The notes under the pieces: generated by a model
Told to the model about the DNA's origin: nothing
Database searches by the model: none
Seen by the model: the letters and a program-made list of their open reading frames with translations, nothing else
Translations under genes and position numbers: made by a program
Part shown: one piece after another, positions 50,926 to 61,220 of the stretch
Layout of the letters: each line of letters begins with the position of its first letter
Position numbering within the stretch: position 1 is the first letter of the stretch
Source: an uncultured archaeon
Lineage (GTDB): Archaea; Thermoproteota; Nitrososphaeria; Nitrososphaerales; Gagatemarchaeaceae
NCBI GenBank assembly: GCA_963817525.1
Contig: CAWFOU010000001.1
Coordinates: 480,001 to 544,000 of the forward strand
Length of the DNA: 64,000 nucleotides
Direction of reading: 5' to 3'

Positions 50926-51035
50926 CGACTCGATAACCCCTCCAGATTATTAAAAGCGTTCTGAACTCTACGTCCATTCTCTGCGGATTTGCGCGCGAAC
51001 TTATCCAGGATCGCGCAGGTCAGGTCTCAGTCAGG

Positions 51036-51752
51036 CTAGGGTGAAAACGGAAGGATCTCCACGCCGTGCGGAGTGAAGAGGACGCTGTGGAACTTCCTGC
51101 TGTGCTCTGTCCCGCGGAGCTTTCTGATGAGGAACTGTGTCTTTATCTCGACGTCCCTCGAGATGTAGTTCCTCAGCTCGAAGATGCCGTCCGCGACGAA
51201 CTCCTCGACCCCAGTCTCGGGGGCTAGGGCGGTGCCCTGCGGCCTGCTTACGGTCATCAGCGTCGTCACGCCCTCCCGCTTTAGGGTCTTGTAGACCAAG
51301 TGCATTAGGAAGCTATAGTCGAACTTCTCCTGCGTCCCGCTCATGAACGCGGTCAGGGAGTCGACGACGAGCCTTCGGGCCCCGATGTCGTCAAGAGCCT
51401 TTAGCAGGGCCTCTATGTTCGACCCCATGCCCCTGCCTTCGAGCGCCTCGAGGTCGAGGACCTTGATCTTCCCCTCCTTCTCCAGGGCGTCAAAGTCCAT
51501 CCCGAAGCGGAGGAGGTTCCTCTTCAGGCTCTTGGTGTCCTCCTCGAATGTGGCGAACACGGCCTTCTCGTTGAAGAGCTTGGCGGAGTTGTACACGAAC
51601 TGCGAGGAGAATATCGTCTTTCCGGTCCCGAGGTCGCCGAGCAGGAGGATGAAGTCCCCCTTTTGCAGCCCTCCCCCTATCAGCGGGTCTAACCCGGGGA
51701 TGCCCGTCTTGAGCCTGACTTCGGCCGAAACAGTCGCCAAGATGGCGAGCAC
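51036..51752 (-). CDS. KaiC-like/RAD55 ATPase
   Basis: TGIPGLD, GDLGTGKT, TFEE, RLVVDS and RKLRGT. Confidence 0.92.
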   Translation of the reverse strand: MLAILATVSAEVRLKTGIPGLDPLIGGGLQKGDFILLLGDLGTGKTIFSSQFVYNSAKLFNEKAVFATFEEDTKSLKRNLLRFGMDFDALEKEGKIKVLDLEALEGRGMGSNIEALLKALDDIGARRLVVDSLTAFMSGTQEKFDYSFLMHLVYKTLKREGVTTLMTVSRPQGTALAPETGVEEFVADGIFELRNYISRDVEIKTQFLIRKLRGTEHSRKFHSVLFTPHGVEILPFSP

Positions 51753-51909
51753 AGGAATCCCCTCCTAAAATACGTTAGCGAGCCGGGCTCCAAAAATCGT
51801 GAGACTGGAATACATTCTATGCGTAAAATGGCCAGAATCTCCTGAATTCTTTCACTTTTCTCGAACATAGAGGAGAAATTCACATTGTTTTATTAGCCGA
51901 AAAGGCAAG

Positions 51910-53064
51910 TTGGACGGTTGCGCGATGATGGAGTTTGAGCGGCTCAAGCGCCGCAACCAGGACTATCTCCTCATCGAGACCATCAAGCGCGTCGGGCCGT
52001 CGAACTACTCTCTGCTCGCAAGGCTGACTGGCCTCAACCCGGAGACGGTCAGGTACAAGATAAGCAAGCAACTCCCAAAGTACGGCCTCGGCCTGACGGT
52101 AAACATCAACTACGGCGAGCTCGGATTTGCGATGGGGCTCCTGAAGGTCAGGGCGAACTCCTCCTCGGGCAAGTCTTGGTTCGACCACACGCACTACCTC
52201 ATGTTGCTCTCCAAGGTGGTGGGGACCGACACCTACCTCTGCATCTACGGGATCCCGTTCAGGTTCAAGAAGAAGTACGCGGAGAGCCTCGAGGAGCTGA
52301 AGAAGAAGAAGCTCATAGACGACTACGAGATGACCGAGCTCTACTGGATGAGGTACCCCCCGTTCAGGTCGGAGCTCTACAACTTCGAGACAAAGTGCTG
52401 GACTGTCGACTGGAAGCGGATAGAGTCAACCACGCAGGAGGCCGGCGTCACTTCGTTCTCCGTCAACCACGCGCCCAAGGTCGACGACGTAGACATCAAG
52501 ATACTAAAGTACCTCAAGGAGGACCCGACGTACGGCCTCGCGAAGCTAGGCAAGGAGATCGGGGTCAACCCAAGGACGGTGAGGTACCACCACACCGAGC
52601 ACGTCGTGAAGGGCAACCTGATAATCGGGAACAACGTCCGGTGGACCTGGCCGCTCCAGCAGGGCAAGAGCTCAGAGATAATGCAGGTGATGGCCGGCTT
52701 CAAGGGCCTCGAGCAGGACGAGGTCGCCTCCGTGAGGAAGATGTTCAACAAGCTCCCATTCACTTGGGTCGAGGCCGGCACGGAGGGCAAGGACTACTTC
52801 GCGTTCATGGACGTCCCCATCCTGAGCTTCCACGACTGCGTGAGGTTCATCGAGACCAGCCTGGGTTCCTTGAGGAGCAAGCTCGAGATGTCCATCCTCG
52901 ACTCGGCGAAGACCCAGTACATGAGCGTCCCCGACGAGATGTTCGACAAGAGGCTTGGCTGGAGGCTGTTCGGGGTCGAGGACGGCCCTCATAACGGCGC
53001 CGCGACGGGCGAGCCCAGGGAGTCGCGCCACATCGGAGAGAGCGAGGCCGGGGCGGTCGAATGA
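51910..53064 (+). CDS. Large Lrp/AsnC-like regulator with two HTH modules
   Basis: SLLARLTGLNPETVRYK and DDVDIKILKYL..LAKLGKEIGVNPRTVRYH. Confidence 0.8.
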   Translation: MDGCAMMEFERLKRRNQDYLLIETIKRVGPSNYSLLARLTGLNPETVRYKISKQLPKYGLGLTVNINYGELGFAMGLLKVRANSSSGKSWFDHTHYLMLLSKVVGTDTYLCIYGIPFRFKKKYAESLEELKKKKLIDDYEMTELYWMRYPPFRSELYNFETKCWTVDWKRIESTTQEAGVTSFSVNHAPKVDDVDIKILKYLKEDPTYGLAKLGKEIGVNPRTVRYHHTEHVVKGNLIIGNNVRWTWPLQQGKSSEIMQVMAGFKGLEQDEVASVRKMFNKLPFTWVEAGTEGKDYFAFMDVPILSFHDCVRFIETSLGSLRSKLEMSILDSAKTQYMSVPDEMFDKRLGWRLFGVEDGPHNGAATGEPRESRHIGESEAGAVE

Positions 53065-53927
53065 AGCCGCTCAGCGTCGCCTACAGGGAGCTGGTCCTCG
53101 GCGGGCACCTGCTTGCGCTCGGGACGGCCAGCATGGCCGGTGCCGCCGCGTACCTCTTCGGCAGGAGCCCGACCATAGTCCTGCTGGTCATGGCGTACCT
53201 CTTCTCGTTCGGCGCCTACATGATGAACCGGAGCGCCGAGATGGACCAGGACCTAGTATCCCACCCCGAGCGGACGAGCTACCTGGCGAGGCGACGGAAG
53301 GTCTTGCCCGCCGTGGTCGCCGCCTCGTTCCTGATAGGGTACGCGCTGGCGGCGACGGTGAGCCTGATATTCTTCGTGGCTCTGCTCGTCCCGCTCGCAC
53401 TGAGCCTGCTCTACAGCGTGGGGTCGAAGCAGCTGGTGAGGGTCATCGGGACGAGCAAGCTGAAGCAGAGGCTCCTCCTCAAGAACGTGTCAATCGCCTT
53501 CGGGTGGTCGCTCATACCCATCCTCGTCGGGCTATACTTCGGGGGCTTCGACGCGCCTCTTCTTCTCCTGGCGCCGTTCATCTTCCTGAGGCTCATGACG
53601 AACACGATCATCTTCGACATCAGGGACACGGAGGGGGACCGCGAGAACGCGGTGAGGACGCTCCCGACCGAGCTTGGCGTGTCCAAGTCGTTCAGCGTCG
53701 TCGGGTGGATCGACGCCCTCTCGGCGGTCTACCTCGTCGCGCTCCTGGCGATAGGCGCAGTGCCCCAGTTCGCGCTGACCCTGATGGCCCTCCCGATCTA
53801 TTCCACGATATACCGCGGGTTCGCGATGCAGAGCAACGCGAACCTTGGCTTCATCTGCGACGTCATCGCTGACGCCGAGTACATACTCTGGGGACCTTTG
53901 ATCTACATTGGCAAGATTCTCATCTAG
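53061..53927 (+). CDS. UbiA-family prenyltransferase
   Basis: YMMNRSAEMDQD..HPER, LKN and FDIRDTEGD...RTLPT; many TMs. Confidence 0.87.
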   Translation: MKPLSVAYRELVLGGHLLALGTASMAGAAAYLFGRSPTIVLLVMAYLFSFGAYMMNRSAEMDQDLVSHPERTSYLARRRKVLPAVVAASFLIGYALAATVSLIFFVALLVPLALSLLYSVGSKQLVRVIGTSKLKQRLLLKNVSIAFGWSLIPILVGLYFGGFDAPLLLLAPFIFLRLMTNTIIFDIRDTEGDRENAVRTLPTELGVSKSFSVVGWIDALSAVYLVALLAIGAVPQFALTLMALPIYSTIYRGFAMQSNANLGFICDVIADAEYILWGPLIYIGKILI

Positions 53928-54010
53928 CAGCGACGAGGCGGAGGGGAGGAAAGTACTGCAAGAGTCGCACCACAACCCCCAACCCGCTCCTCGCAAGGTA
54001 CAGGCAGGAG

Positions 54011-54958
54011 GTGGAGAAGCGGCTCTCGGAGATCTACAGCTCGGACGGATGGATATCCGCCGCGGCCAACGAGGCGATACGCGCGGGCGGCAAGAGGCTG
54101 AGGCCAATACTTGCGATCCTCACGTGCGAGGCGATATGCGGCAACCCGGAGCCCGCGTTCCCGGTCGCGATGGCCTACGAGCTCGCCCACTCCGCCTCCC
54201 TCATCCAGGACGACATAATCGACGAGTCGCCAGTCCGCCACGCGAGTCCCACGGCGTACAAGAGGTACGGGCTAGCCCGCGCGATAATGCTCTCCGACAG
54301 CATGATCTTCGAGATATTCACACTGATGGCCAGGTACAAGGACACAGACCTTCCCAAGGAGGGGCTGGTCAGGCTCCTCGAGTTCCTCGGGCGGGCCGCG
54401 AGCCTGGCGGCGGAGGGGGAGATGTCGGAGGTCGCACTCTCCAAGAGGGGCGACATCAAGACGGAGGAGTACACGAAGGTGATAGGGCAGAAGACGGGCG
54501 CACTCTTCGCCGCCAGCGCCGCCTCCGGCGCGGTAGTGGCCAGGGCAGACAGGGGCACCATAGACAAGATGTACGACTTTGGGCTCGCCCTCGGAGTCGC
54601 CTTCCAGATAGGCGACGACATCCTGGACATGACGGGGAACACGGAGAACACAGGGAAGCCGGTGTTCAAGGACATCGAGAACAACGCTGGGAACGTGGTC
54701 CTCCTTCACGCGCTATCCAACGCCAACATCGTCCAGAAGAACATGATCAACTCTCTGCTCTTCAAAAAGTGGTTCACCTCGATCGAGGCAGAGCGGCTCC
54801 TGGCCCTCCTGAACGAGCTGGGCTCCTTCAAGTACGCCTGGTCCCTGCTCAACTCGCAGACCTCCTACTGCAGGAACCTGCTCCAGTCCCTCCCCCCCTC
54901 CCACGCGAGGAACGCCCTAGAGGAGCTGACGCGGTCGATAGAGGCCAGAAAGGAGTAG
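54011..54958 (+). CDS. Polyprenyl diphosphate synthase
   Basis: GGKRLRP, FARM DDIID, KTGALF, SARM FQIGDDILD and GKPVFKD; true start may lie upstream. Confidence 0.93.
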   Translation: MEKRLSEIYSSDGWISAAANEAIRAGGKRLRPILAILTCEAICGNPEPAFPVAMAYELAHSASLIQDDIIDESPVRHASPTAYKRYGLARAIMLSDSMIFEIFTLMARYKDTDLPKEGLVRLLEFLGRAASLAAEGEMSEVALSKRGDIKTEEYTKVIGQKTGALFAASAASGAVVARADRGTIDKMYDFGLALGVAFQIGDDILDMTGNTENTGKPVFKDIENNAGNVVLLHALSNANIVQKNMINSLLFKKWFTSIEAERLLALLNELGSFKYAWSLLNSQTSYCRNLLQSLPPSHARNALEELTRSIEARKE

Positions 54959-54959
54959 A

Positions 54960-55688
54960 GTGATAGTGGCCGAGCATCAAGCTGAAATAGTCTCGCCGGG
55001 AACGGGAGCGAACGCCATGAGCAGCGCCGGAAGGATACCCACTGGGATCGAGGGGCTCGATTCCCTGATAGAGGGGGGCCTCATCCGGGGCGATATGCAC
55101 CTCGTCGCCGGCGCGCCCGGCACGGGGAAGACGATCCTCGCCTCCACTTTCGCCTACAACGCGGTCACTACGCAGAAGGAGAAGGTCGTCTATGCCAGCT
55201 TCGAAGAGTCCACGGAGTACTTCGAGAGGAACATGAAGAAGCTAGGGATCGACCTGGCAGCGGCGGAGAAGACGGGCAACCTCACAGTTGTCGACCTGGA
55301 TGCGCTGAAGGGGAAGGAGCTGGAGAGCAACATCCAGTTGCTCATATCCGCCGTCAAGGAGACGAAGAGCACGATACTGGTGATCGACTCGCTCACCGCC
55401 CTCCTCCTCGCAACAGAGTCCAAGTTCGAGCTAAGGGCGTTCATGAAGAGCGTCTACAAGACCCTCAAGAACCAAGGCATCACCACGGTAATGACCATCA
55501 GCCAGACCCCAGGAATGGGGTTCGGGATCGAGGGGTTCGTCGCTGACTCGGTGATGCTCCTCGAGAACGTGGTCGAAAAGGACCAGTTCAAGACGCGCCT
55601 GATAATCCTGAAGATGAGGGGTACGGAGCACAGCAAGCGATACCACACGGTCGCGTTCGCGCCGAAGATGTCCGTTTCCAAGTACTAG
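54960..55688 (+). CDS. KaiC-like/RAD55 ATPase
   Basis: TGIEGLD, GAPGTGKT, SFEE, LVIDS and KMRGT. Confidence 0.92.
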   Translation: MIVAEHQAEIVSPGTGANAMSSAGRIPTGIEGLDSLIEGGLIRGDMHLVAGAPGTGKTILASTFAYNAVTTQKEKVVYASFEESTEYFERNMKKLGIDLAAAEKTGNLTVVDLDALKGKELESNIQLLISAVKETKSTILVIDSLTALLLATESKFELRAFMKSVYKTLKNQGITTVMTISQTPGMGFGIEGFVADSVMLLENVVEKDQFKTRLIILKMRGTEHSKRYHTVAFAPKMSVSKY

Positions 55689-55909
55689 GCGCCTCCTCCC
55701 CTTGTCTGCAATCGCAGTCGAGGACGCGTCCTACGGTGTCATCGACTAGATTTCTGCTCCACTCGCCTTATAGCGCGAAGTTTAAGAAACTTGTAAGTTT
55801 CACGGGAAAAGGGCGAAAACATTGGCTCAATACGCCTCCGCGACGCATCCTTCGAGGACTTACCTCGACTCGTCTAGCGTAGCGGTCGAGCCGCGGAGGT
55901 AGGAAAGCG

Positions 55910-57311
55910 GTGGACTTGCTGGCTACGGTCGCCGCGACCCCGGACATCTTCCCCTACCTCCTATATCCGCTCGTCCACATCTTCACGCTCGAGATCACAG
56001 GCCTCTCGGCGTATTACATCTACAGGCAGAAGATAACGGCATACCAGTACACGAAGGGGCTCCTGCTCGCGGTCCACATACTATTCATGGGAGTAGTAGT
56101 CTTCGAGTTCCTCCGGACAGCCCTCCTCTCCCTCGACTTCATCACCGCATACACGATAGGCGGGACCACGCTGGTCCTCGCCGACGTTGTGCTGCTAACC
56201 CTCCTGGCGGTCACGGTATACCTCGTCCCTTCGGGGATTGGGAACAAGAGCATCGCCAAGCTGCTCTGGGAGAACAAGCCGCAGGTGGTCCTCTTCGCGG
56301 CCTACACCGCGTTCATCGTGTACGCCGCCGCCTACCTCAGCCTAGAGGAGCCGTTCACCAGCAGCTTTGCGTCCAGCGTGAGCGGAGCGCTGGTCCCCAT
56401 CACCGTCTTCAACTCCTACTATCTCGTCGCGCTCCTCATCGTCCTCGCCGTCTTCATCCTATATCCGTCCGCGCTACTGCTCCTTGCCTCGAGGAAGGTC
56501 AAGGACCCCTCGGTCGGGCAGGGTCCTGAGGGTCCTGCCGGTCATCTGGAGCGGCATCGGCGTCGACCTCCTGTTCTTCAACGGGTACCTGCTCTCGAGG
56601 AACTACGACGCGACGCCCTTCGGCTACCTCATCGCCTCGGTGGCGTTCGGGATAAGCGCGCTGGTGTTCAGGAGGGCGTCCCTCCTCACGGCGTTCTTCG
56701 AGCCGGTCAGGCCCACGGGGAAGACGGCCGCCGAGTTCCCGTTCACCGAGCGCCTCGGCGTCCCGTCCGACTTCCTGTCCGGGAGGAGCCTCCTGCTCGA
56801 GACCGACCCGTCCATGCCCTACGAGCAGATCGTCACGGACTTCGCGCGGCAGTCCATCTCGAACACTAGCACGGTCTATGTGTTCACCGCAAAGGGGAGC
56901 CCGATATTCAACGCCCTGAGCAAGACCGCCGGGGTGAGGTTCTACATTCTCTCGGCCAAGGTGTCGTACCCCAAGCCCGAGGAGAACGAGCCTTCCCAGA
57001 TACTCATCCCGAGCAACGACCAAGCTGTCATGCTCGACCTCATCGACAAGACCGTCTCTGCAGCGACCGCGCCTGCCCAAGTCGCCATCGTCTTCGACAG
57101 CATCTCCGACATGGTACTGTCGGCGGGGTTCGAGGCCACCTACAAGTTCGTCAAGCAGGTGAACGAGACCACCGGGAACGGCAGGACGTCCGCCCTGTTC
57201 CTGATGACCCTCGGGGCGCACGACGAGAAGGTCGTCAGCTTTGTGAGGAGCCTCTTCCCGACCCAGCTAGTGGACGACGCCAGCGGCCTCAAGATGACGC
57301 GCTCCCAGTAG
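55910..57311 (+). CDS. Multi-TM sensor fused to a degenerate KaiC/DUF835-like domain (frameshift near 56520)
   Basis: About 7 TMs, then GRSLLLETDP (no Walker A Lys), IVFDSISD and MTLGAHDEK. Confidence 0.78.
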
Positions 57312-57375
57312 AAGCCCGGCCGACGGACGATCACTCCAAAGCACATATATCTCGGGTCGGCGACTCCGACAGCCG

Positions 57376-57684
57376 ATGGCGACCATTGCGGTCCCTGACC
57401 TGTCCACTGCATTTCTCGTGGCCGCGATAGTTCCCCTCATCCTGGGGTTCCTCGTGGGGACCGTGATAAAACAGACCCTCAAGGTAGGGGCGGTGATAGC
57501 GATAATCATCCTCGTGCTCATCTTCATCGGGGCCCTCACGCCCTCGCAGGTCATCGACCCGATCCTGAGCGCCTTCAAAGGCTCGGGCCCCCAGGTGCTG
57601 ACACAGGCGAAGCGGCTTTCGAGCTATCTGCCCTACTCCTCTATCACCTTCCTGATAGGGCTGGCCGTCGGCTTTTACAAGTAG
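57376..57684 (+). CDS. Small membrane protein (FUN14-like)
   Basis: LILGFLVGTVIKQTLK...FLIGLAVGF pattern. Confidence 0.6.
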   Translation: MATIAVPDLSTAFLVAAIVPLILGFLVGTVIKQTLKVGAVIAIIILVLIFIGALTPSQVIDPILSAFKGSGPQVLTQAKRLSSYLPYSSITFLIGLAVGFYK

Positions 57685-57687
57685 GCC

Positions 57688-57951
57688 CTAGAGCAGCCAT
57701 TCTTTCGGCGGGCCTTGGACACCGGCGCAGTGGACCTCGCCGGTCACCCTGCGTATGAAGGACGGGCACAGGAAGCACACCAAGAACCCCACCTCTCCGT
57801 TCACCACGGGGCAGTCGACGCTCTCTTTCTTCATCCTCGCAATGGCCTTGGCCCCGGCCACCCCCTTGAGCTGGGCGGAGACCTCCTTGGGTATCCTCTT
57901 GGGCTTGGCCGCCTCCCTGACCTTCACGACGAACTTGTAGTCGACAGACAA
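57688..57951 (-). CDS. Small Cys4 metal-binding protein
   Basis: VDCP...CFLCPSF...VHC; probable TTG start at 57951. Confidence 0.7.
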   Translation of the reverse strand: MSVDYKFVVKVREAAKPKRIPKEVSAQLKGVAGAKAIARMKKESVDCPVVNGEVGFLVCFLCPSFIRRVTGEVHCAGVQGPPKEWLL

Positions 57952-58001
57952 ACGCGTCTGGTATCGCCGATAGTCGGATAAAAGTTTGAGGAATCTGTCG
58001 T

Positions 58002-58670
58002 CTATCCGCCTATCGTGAACGGGATCCACTTCGGCGACAGGGGGGTCGCAGAGAGCCTGCTGACCATCATGAAACGGCCCTGCTCCGAGAACTTCATCCT
58101 GACCGTCCCGTCGGTCGCGTATTCGACGGACTTTACGGTCTTCTCGTCGTGGACCCCCTCCTCCAGGAGCACGAGCCCCGTCACCCCGCGCGTCTGGAGC
58201 TTCGTGTGGACGGTGTCGAGGAGCCTGAGCGCCCTCTCGGCGCCCCCGTAGTTGATCACGTCGGTGAACGAGTCTATCACCATCCTCGAGTCGTCCTCAG
58301 GCAGGACCCCGGCGTCGTCTATTATCGAGGTTATCCCGACGGAGACGTCGGTGAGGGACGCGAGGCTCGCCGAGTGCTTTGACTTACTCTTGCCCGACTT
58401 CCACGAGTAGCAGTCGAGGAAGTGCATGTGCTTCTCCAAGCCCTTGTTCCACTTGAAGGTCTCCATGGTCTCAAGCGCCCTGTCCTCCCCCTCGCTCGTG
58501 GCGACCAGGAACGAATCCTTCTTCGCCTCGATCCCGGTGTAGAGGAAGCGCTTGCTCAGGATGCTCTTCCCCGCGCCCGGGGGTCCCAGGACCAAGCAGA
58601 GAGAGCCCACGGGAATCCCCCCGAGCATCATCTGGTCCATGTCAGGGACCCCTATCGGTAGGCGCTTCAT
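58002..58670 (-). CDS. KaiC-like/RAD55 ATPase (divergent)
   Basis: GPPGAGKS, FLDCYS, MVIDS and GVHDEK; lacks the KMRG motif. Confidence 0.88.
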   Translation of the reverse strand: MKRLPIGVPDMDQMMLGGIPVGSLCLVLGPPGAGKSILSKRFLYTGIEAKKDSFLVATSEGEDRALETMETFKWNKGLEKHMHFLDCYSWKSGKSKSKHSASLASLTDVSVGITSIIDDAGVLPEDDSRMVIDSFTDVINYGGAERALRLLDTVHTKLQTRGVTGLVLLEEGVHDEKTVKSVEYATDGTVRMKFSEQGRFMMVSRLSATPLSPKWIPFTIGG

Positions 58671-58708
58671 CTAGTCCACAGGTGGATGTCCGGTCGTTAT
58701 TAAGAACC

Positions 58709-59443
58709 CTAGAAAATCTGTTCGGTCGGGAAGACCTCTATCCCCTGCTCGGTGATGCGATAGGGGTGGGGCTGGGTGTCGTGGGCGACCCCGCGCATCT
58801 TCTCGATACTGAACACCCGCGTGAAGGTCGACCCCGCCAGTATCTTCGACATCACGATGACCCCCTGGGTGAGGAACTCTTCGAAGACGTGGGGGCGCTG
58901 GAGCTGGGCGTCGTTGAGCTCGTCGACGAAGATGGTCGTGCACTTTGTCTTGTTGGCCGCGGCGATGAGGTCGAGGAATGCGATCCGCCTGGTGTACTCG
59001 TCGCTAAAGTGCACTATGAGGGTGGAGATCGGGTCGATCACGAGGCGGGTGGCCCCCACCTTCTTCACGGCGTCCGCCAGCGACGATATCATCGTTGAGA
59101 GCGCGAACTCATGGCCCCCCACCTCCGCCCCGCCAAGTTTGATCTTCGCCGGGAGGAGCCTTATCGGGGACGCGTCCACGATGGCTATCTTGCCCTCCTT
59201 GACCGGTTTCGCCAGGTCGACCCCCATTTGCTTTGCGTTTGCAAGCAGCCTTTCGGGGTCTTCGTCCATGGAGAGATATACGCCGTTCTCGCCCGAGGAG
59301 ACCCCGGATTGCAAGAATTGCAGGCTGAAGATGGTCTTCCCGCTCCCGGGGGCGCCTAGCAGGAGCACGGACGAGCCCGTGGGCACGCCCTTGCCGTCAA
59401 GAAGGGAATCGACTCCCTTGATCCCCATCGGCGCGTAGGACAA
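58709..59443 (-). CDS. KaiC-like/RAD55 ATPase
   Basis: GAPGSGKT, SMDE, RLVIDP, EKMRG and PYRITEQGIEV. Confidence 0.92.
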   Translation of the reverse strand: MSYAPMGIKGVDSLLDGKGVPTGSSVLLLGAPGSGKTIFSLQFLQSGVSSGENGVYLSMDEDPERLLANAKQMGVDLAKPVKEGKIAIVDASPIRLLPAKIKLGGAEVGGHEFALSTMISSLADAVKKVGATRLVIDPISTLIVHFSDEYTRRIAFLDLIAAANKTKCTTIFVDELNDAQLQRPHVFEEFLTQGVIVMSKILAGSTFTRVFSIEKMRGVAHDTQPHPYRITEQGIEVFPTEQIF

Positions 59444-59446
59444 GGT

Positions 59447-59848
59447 CTAGCTCGGGCTCTTCGGGAGGTGGCCCTTGAGCGTCTGCTCCCACGCCCTCGG
59501 ATTCTGGACCTCGAAGCGGGCTATCTCCACCCCTCCCTCGGTCTCGGTCTCGATCGTCAGCATGAGCGTGGAGTAGGTCTCGGACTCGTCGAGGAGGCCG
59601 GGATGGGAGTTGATTGGGCGCTCCCCTGAGCACTTCTTCTCATAGTCGTCCTTGTTCTTCCAGTTGGGGCGGCTCCTCCTGGACCGAGTGCCCGACTCGA
59701 CCGAGACGTCGATGACCGTGTCGATGGCGATGGACATTACCCTCCCCGTCGAGCTCAACCTTCCCGTCTGAAGGACCCCGGAATACCGGGGCTCGTAGGC
59801 GTGGAAGATGAGGTATCTCGGGTTTAGCATGAGCTTTCCGACCATCAC
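59447..59848 (-). CDS. Hypothetical protein, possibly PH-like fold
   Basis: GKLMLNPRYLIF...beta-rich...NPRAWEQTL terminal helix; operonic with the KaiC pair. Confidence 0.6.
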   Translation of the reverse strand: MMVGKLMLNPRYLIFHAYEPRYSGVLQTGRLSSTGRVMSIAIDTVIDVSVESGTRSRRSRPNWKNKDDYEKKCSGERPINSHPGLLDESETYSTLMLTIETETEGGVEIARFEVQNPRAWEQTLKGHLPKSPS

Positions 59849-59933
59849 CTGGGGATAGGAGGCAAGGTGGCCCTCATAATAGACGAAGGTGCCCGGGGCG
59901 AGGTTCGAGGTCTCGAGGGTCTTCTGGCTCGTC

Positions 59934-60401
59934 TCACTCGCCCCCGGCCTGCTGCTCGATTGTGAGCTCCCTTCTCTTCTTCGCGGCGAAGGGCTCGAAG
60001 GCGGATATCGACTCGACGTCGTGGATGCCCCTCGCGGCGACCAGGCAGCCCCCTAGCGTAAGGACCGCGCACGCCCCCGCAAGGGGGACCGGGAACAGGA
60101 GGCCGACTAACCCCGTCTCGGCGGCCAGGGTCCCCGACGCCCCGAGGAGAAGGGTCACCTGGCTAAGGAAGGAGCGGCTCCTATGCGCCGAGAAGATAAG
60201 CAAAACTGCGCTCAGCGAGAGGCCCGAGACGGCCAAGTAGAGCCACTGGGCGGAGAGGACGACGGTCGCGACGGTCGTGACCATGAAGATGAAGCTGCCG
60301 GCGAGAGAAAGGGCGAAGCCCCTGAGCTTCCTGTTCCTGCCTTCCATCTCCGGGTATAGCTCCGGGTACATTGGCCTTCGGTAGCGCACCCGAAACTTCA
60401 C
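59934..60401 (-). CDS. Membrane protein (about 4 TM)
   Basis: Hydrophobic helices; start uncertain. Confidence 0.6.
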   Translation of the reverse strand: MKFRVRYRRPMYPELYPEMEGRNRKLRGFALSLAGSFIFMVTTVATVVLSAQWLYLAVSGLSLSAVLLIFSAHRSRSFLSQVTLLLGASGTLAAETGLVGLLFPVPLAGACAVLTLGGCLVAARGIHDVESISAFEPFAAKKRRELTIEQQAGGE

Positions 60402-60539
60402 CGCGAGTGTTTAGAAGTTTAGACTTCTAGGTAAGAAACTGGCTCACTTTGCGAGCATCAGCCAGAAACGAGCCCGGGCTGCCCTCCTTTCGGGGAATCT
60501 ACAGTCGCCAGTGATTGGAGATTAGGACTAATTTCCGTG

Positions 60540-61220
60540 CTACGATATGGAGTGCTGGTGGAGCTTGAAGTTTGCGAGCCTTGCTGCAAGAAAAGCGCCG
60601 GTGGCCGCAGCGGAAATAATCAGCAAGTCTTGGTTGGAGAACCATCCCAGCCCGAGTTCATATTGGAAATTTGTGACGTGCATGCCAAGGAATCCGGGGC
60701 TCACAAGGGTGAGGCCGACCTCGAAAACGAGCATGATTGAAGACCCCGCTGTTGCAAGTCGCTTCAAGACCTGTAGGCGACCCTTTTTTCGCCAGATAAC
60801 TGTGAGACTCACCATCAATAGGACGAAGTAGATCAGGGCAAATGCGTCGAGGAAGGGTATTACGAGGAAAAGACCCATGGGGAAGAAGGGTCTGAACAAT
60901 GCCCAGTGGATGTTCCAGACCGTTTGGAGCAAGTTATTGAGCGCAGTCGCCCCTTGAAGGTTGTACCAGGGATTTCCTCCTGCCTCGCTGACCAGGTAAT
61001 CGTCTCCTATGGTTGCGAGCAATCCAAACACGGATATTCCGAGAACCGCGAAGGCTAGAGCATCTGGGATGGCTGCGCGCAAAACAACCCTTGCCTCTTT
61101 GTCCATTTTTTCGCTCTCCCATCCAATCGCTCGATTCGTCTTTCCAAAACTTAGATTTGGGTAGATTAGGGTTGTGAACCAGGAAACCATCGGGATTTCG
61201 ATCATTTTGAGGCAGACCAC
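60540..61220 (-). CDS. Membrane protein (about 4 TM)
   Basis: Hydrophobic helices; likely real start is MDKEARV. Confidence 0.6.
   Translation of the reverse strand: MVCLKMIEIPMVSWFTTLIYPNLSFGKTNRAIGWESEKMDKEARVVLRAAIPDALAFAVLGISVFGLLATIGDDYLVSEAGGNPWYNLQGATALNNLLQTVWNIHWALFRPFFPMGLFLVIPFLDAFALIYFVLLMVSLTVIWRKKGRLQVLKRLATAGSSIMLVFEVGLTLVSPGFLGMHVTNFQYELGLGWFSNQDLLIISAAATGAFLAARLANFKLHQHSIS

Noticed and set aside
6617-57311. Frameshifts in cyclophilin, adhesin 2, nitrilase, epimerase, the secreted protein at 49.5-50.4 kb and the TM-KaiC receptor, read as programmed frameshifting, phase variation or pseudogenisation
   Set aside because: They are scattered across unrelated genes, with no obvious shared slippery motif and no evident decay of the coding pieces; sequencing or assembly indels are more parsimonious. 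Reads are needed to settle this.
51036-59443. Circadian clock (kaiABC)
   Set aside because: The ATPases are single-domain, lack the Ser-Thr phosphosite pair (EEF, EGF or EYA instead), and no kaiA or kaiB is present.
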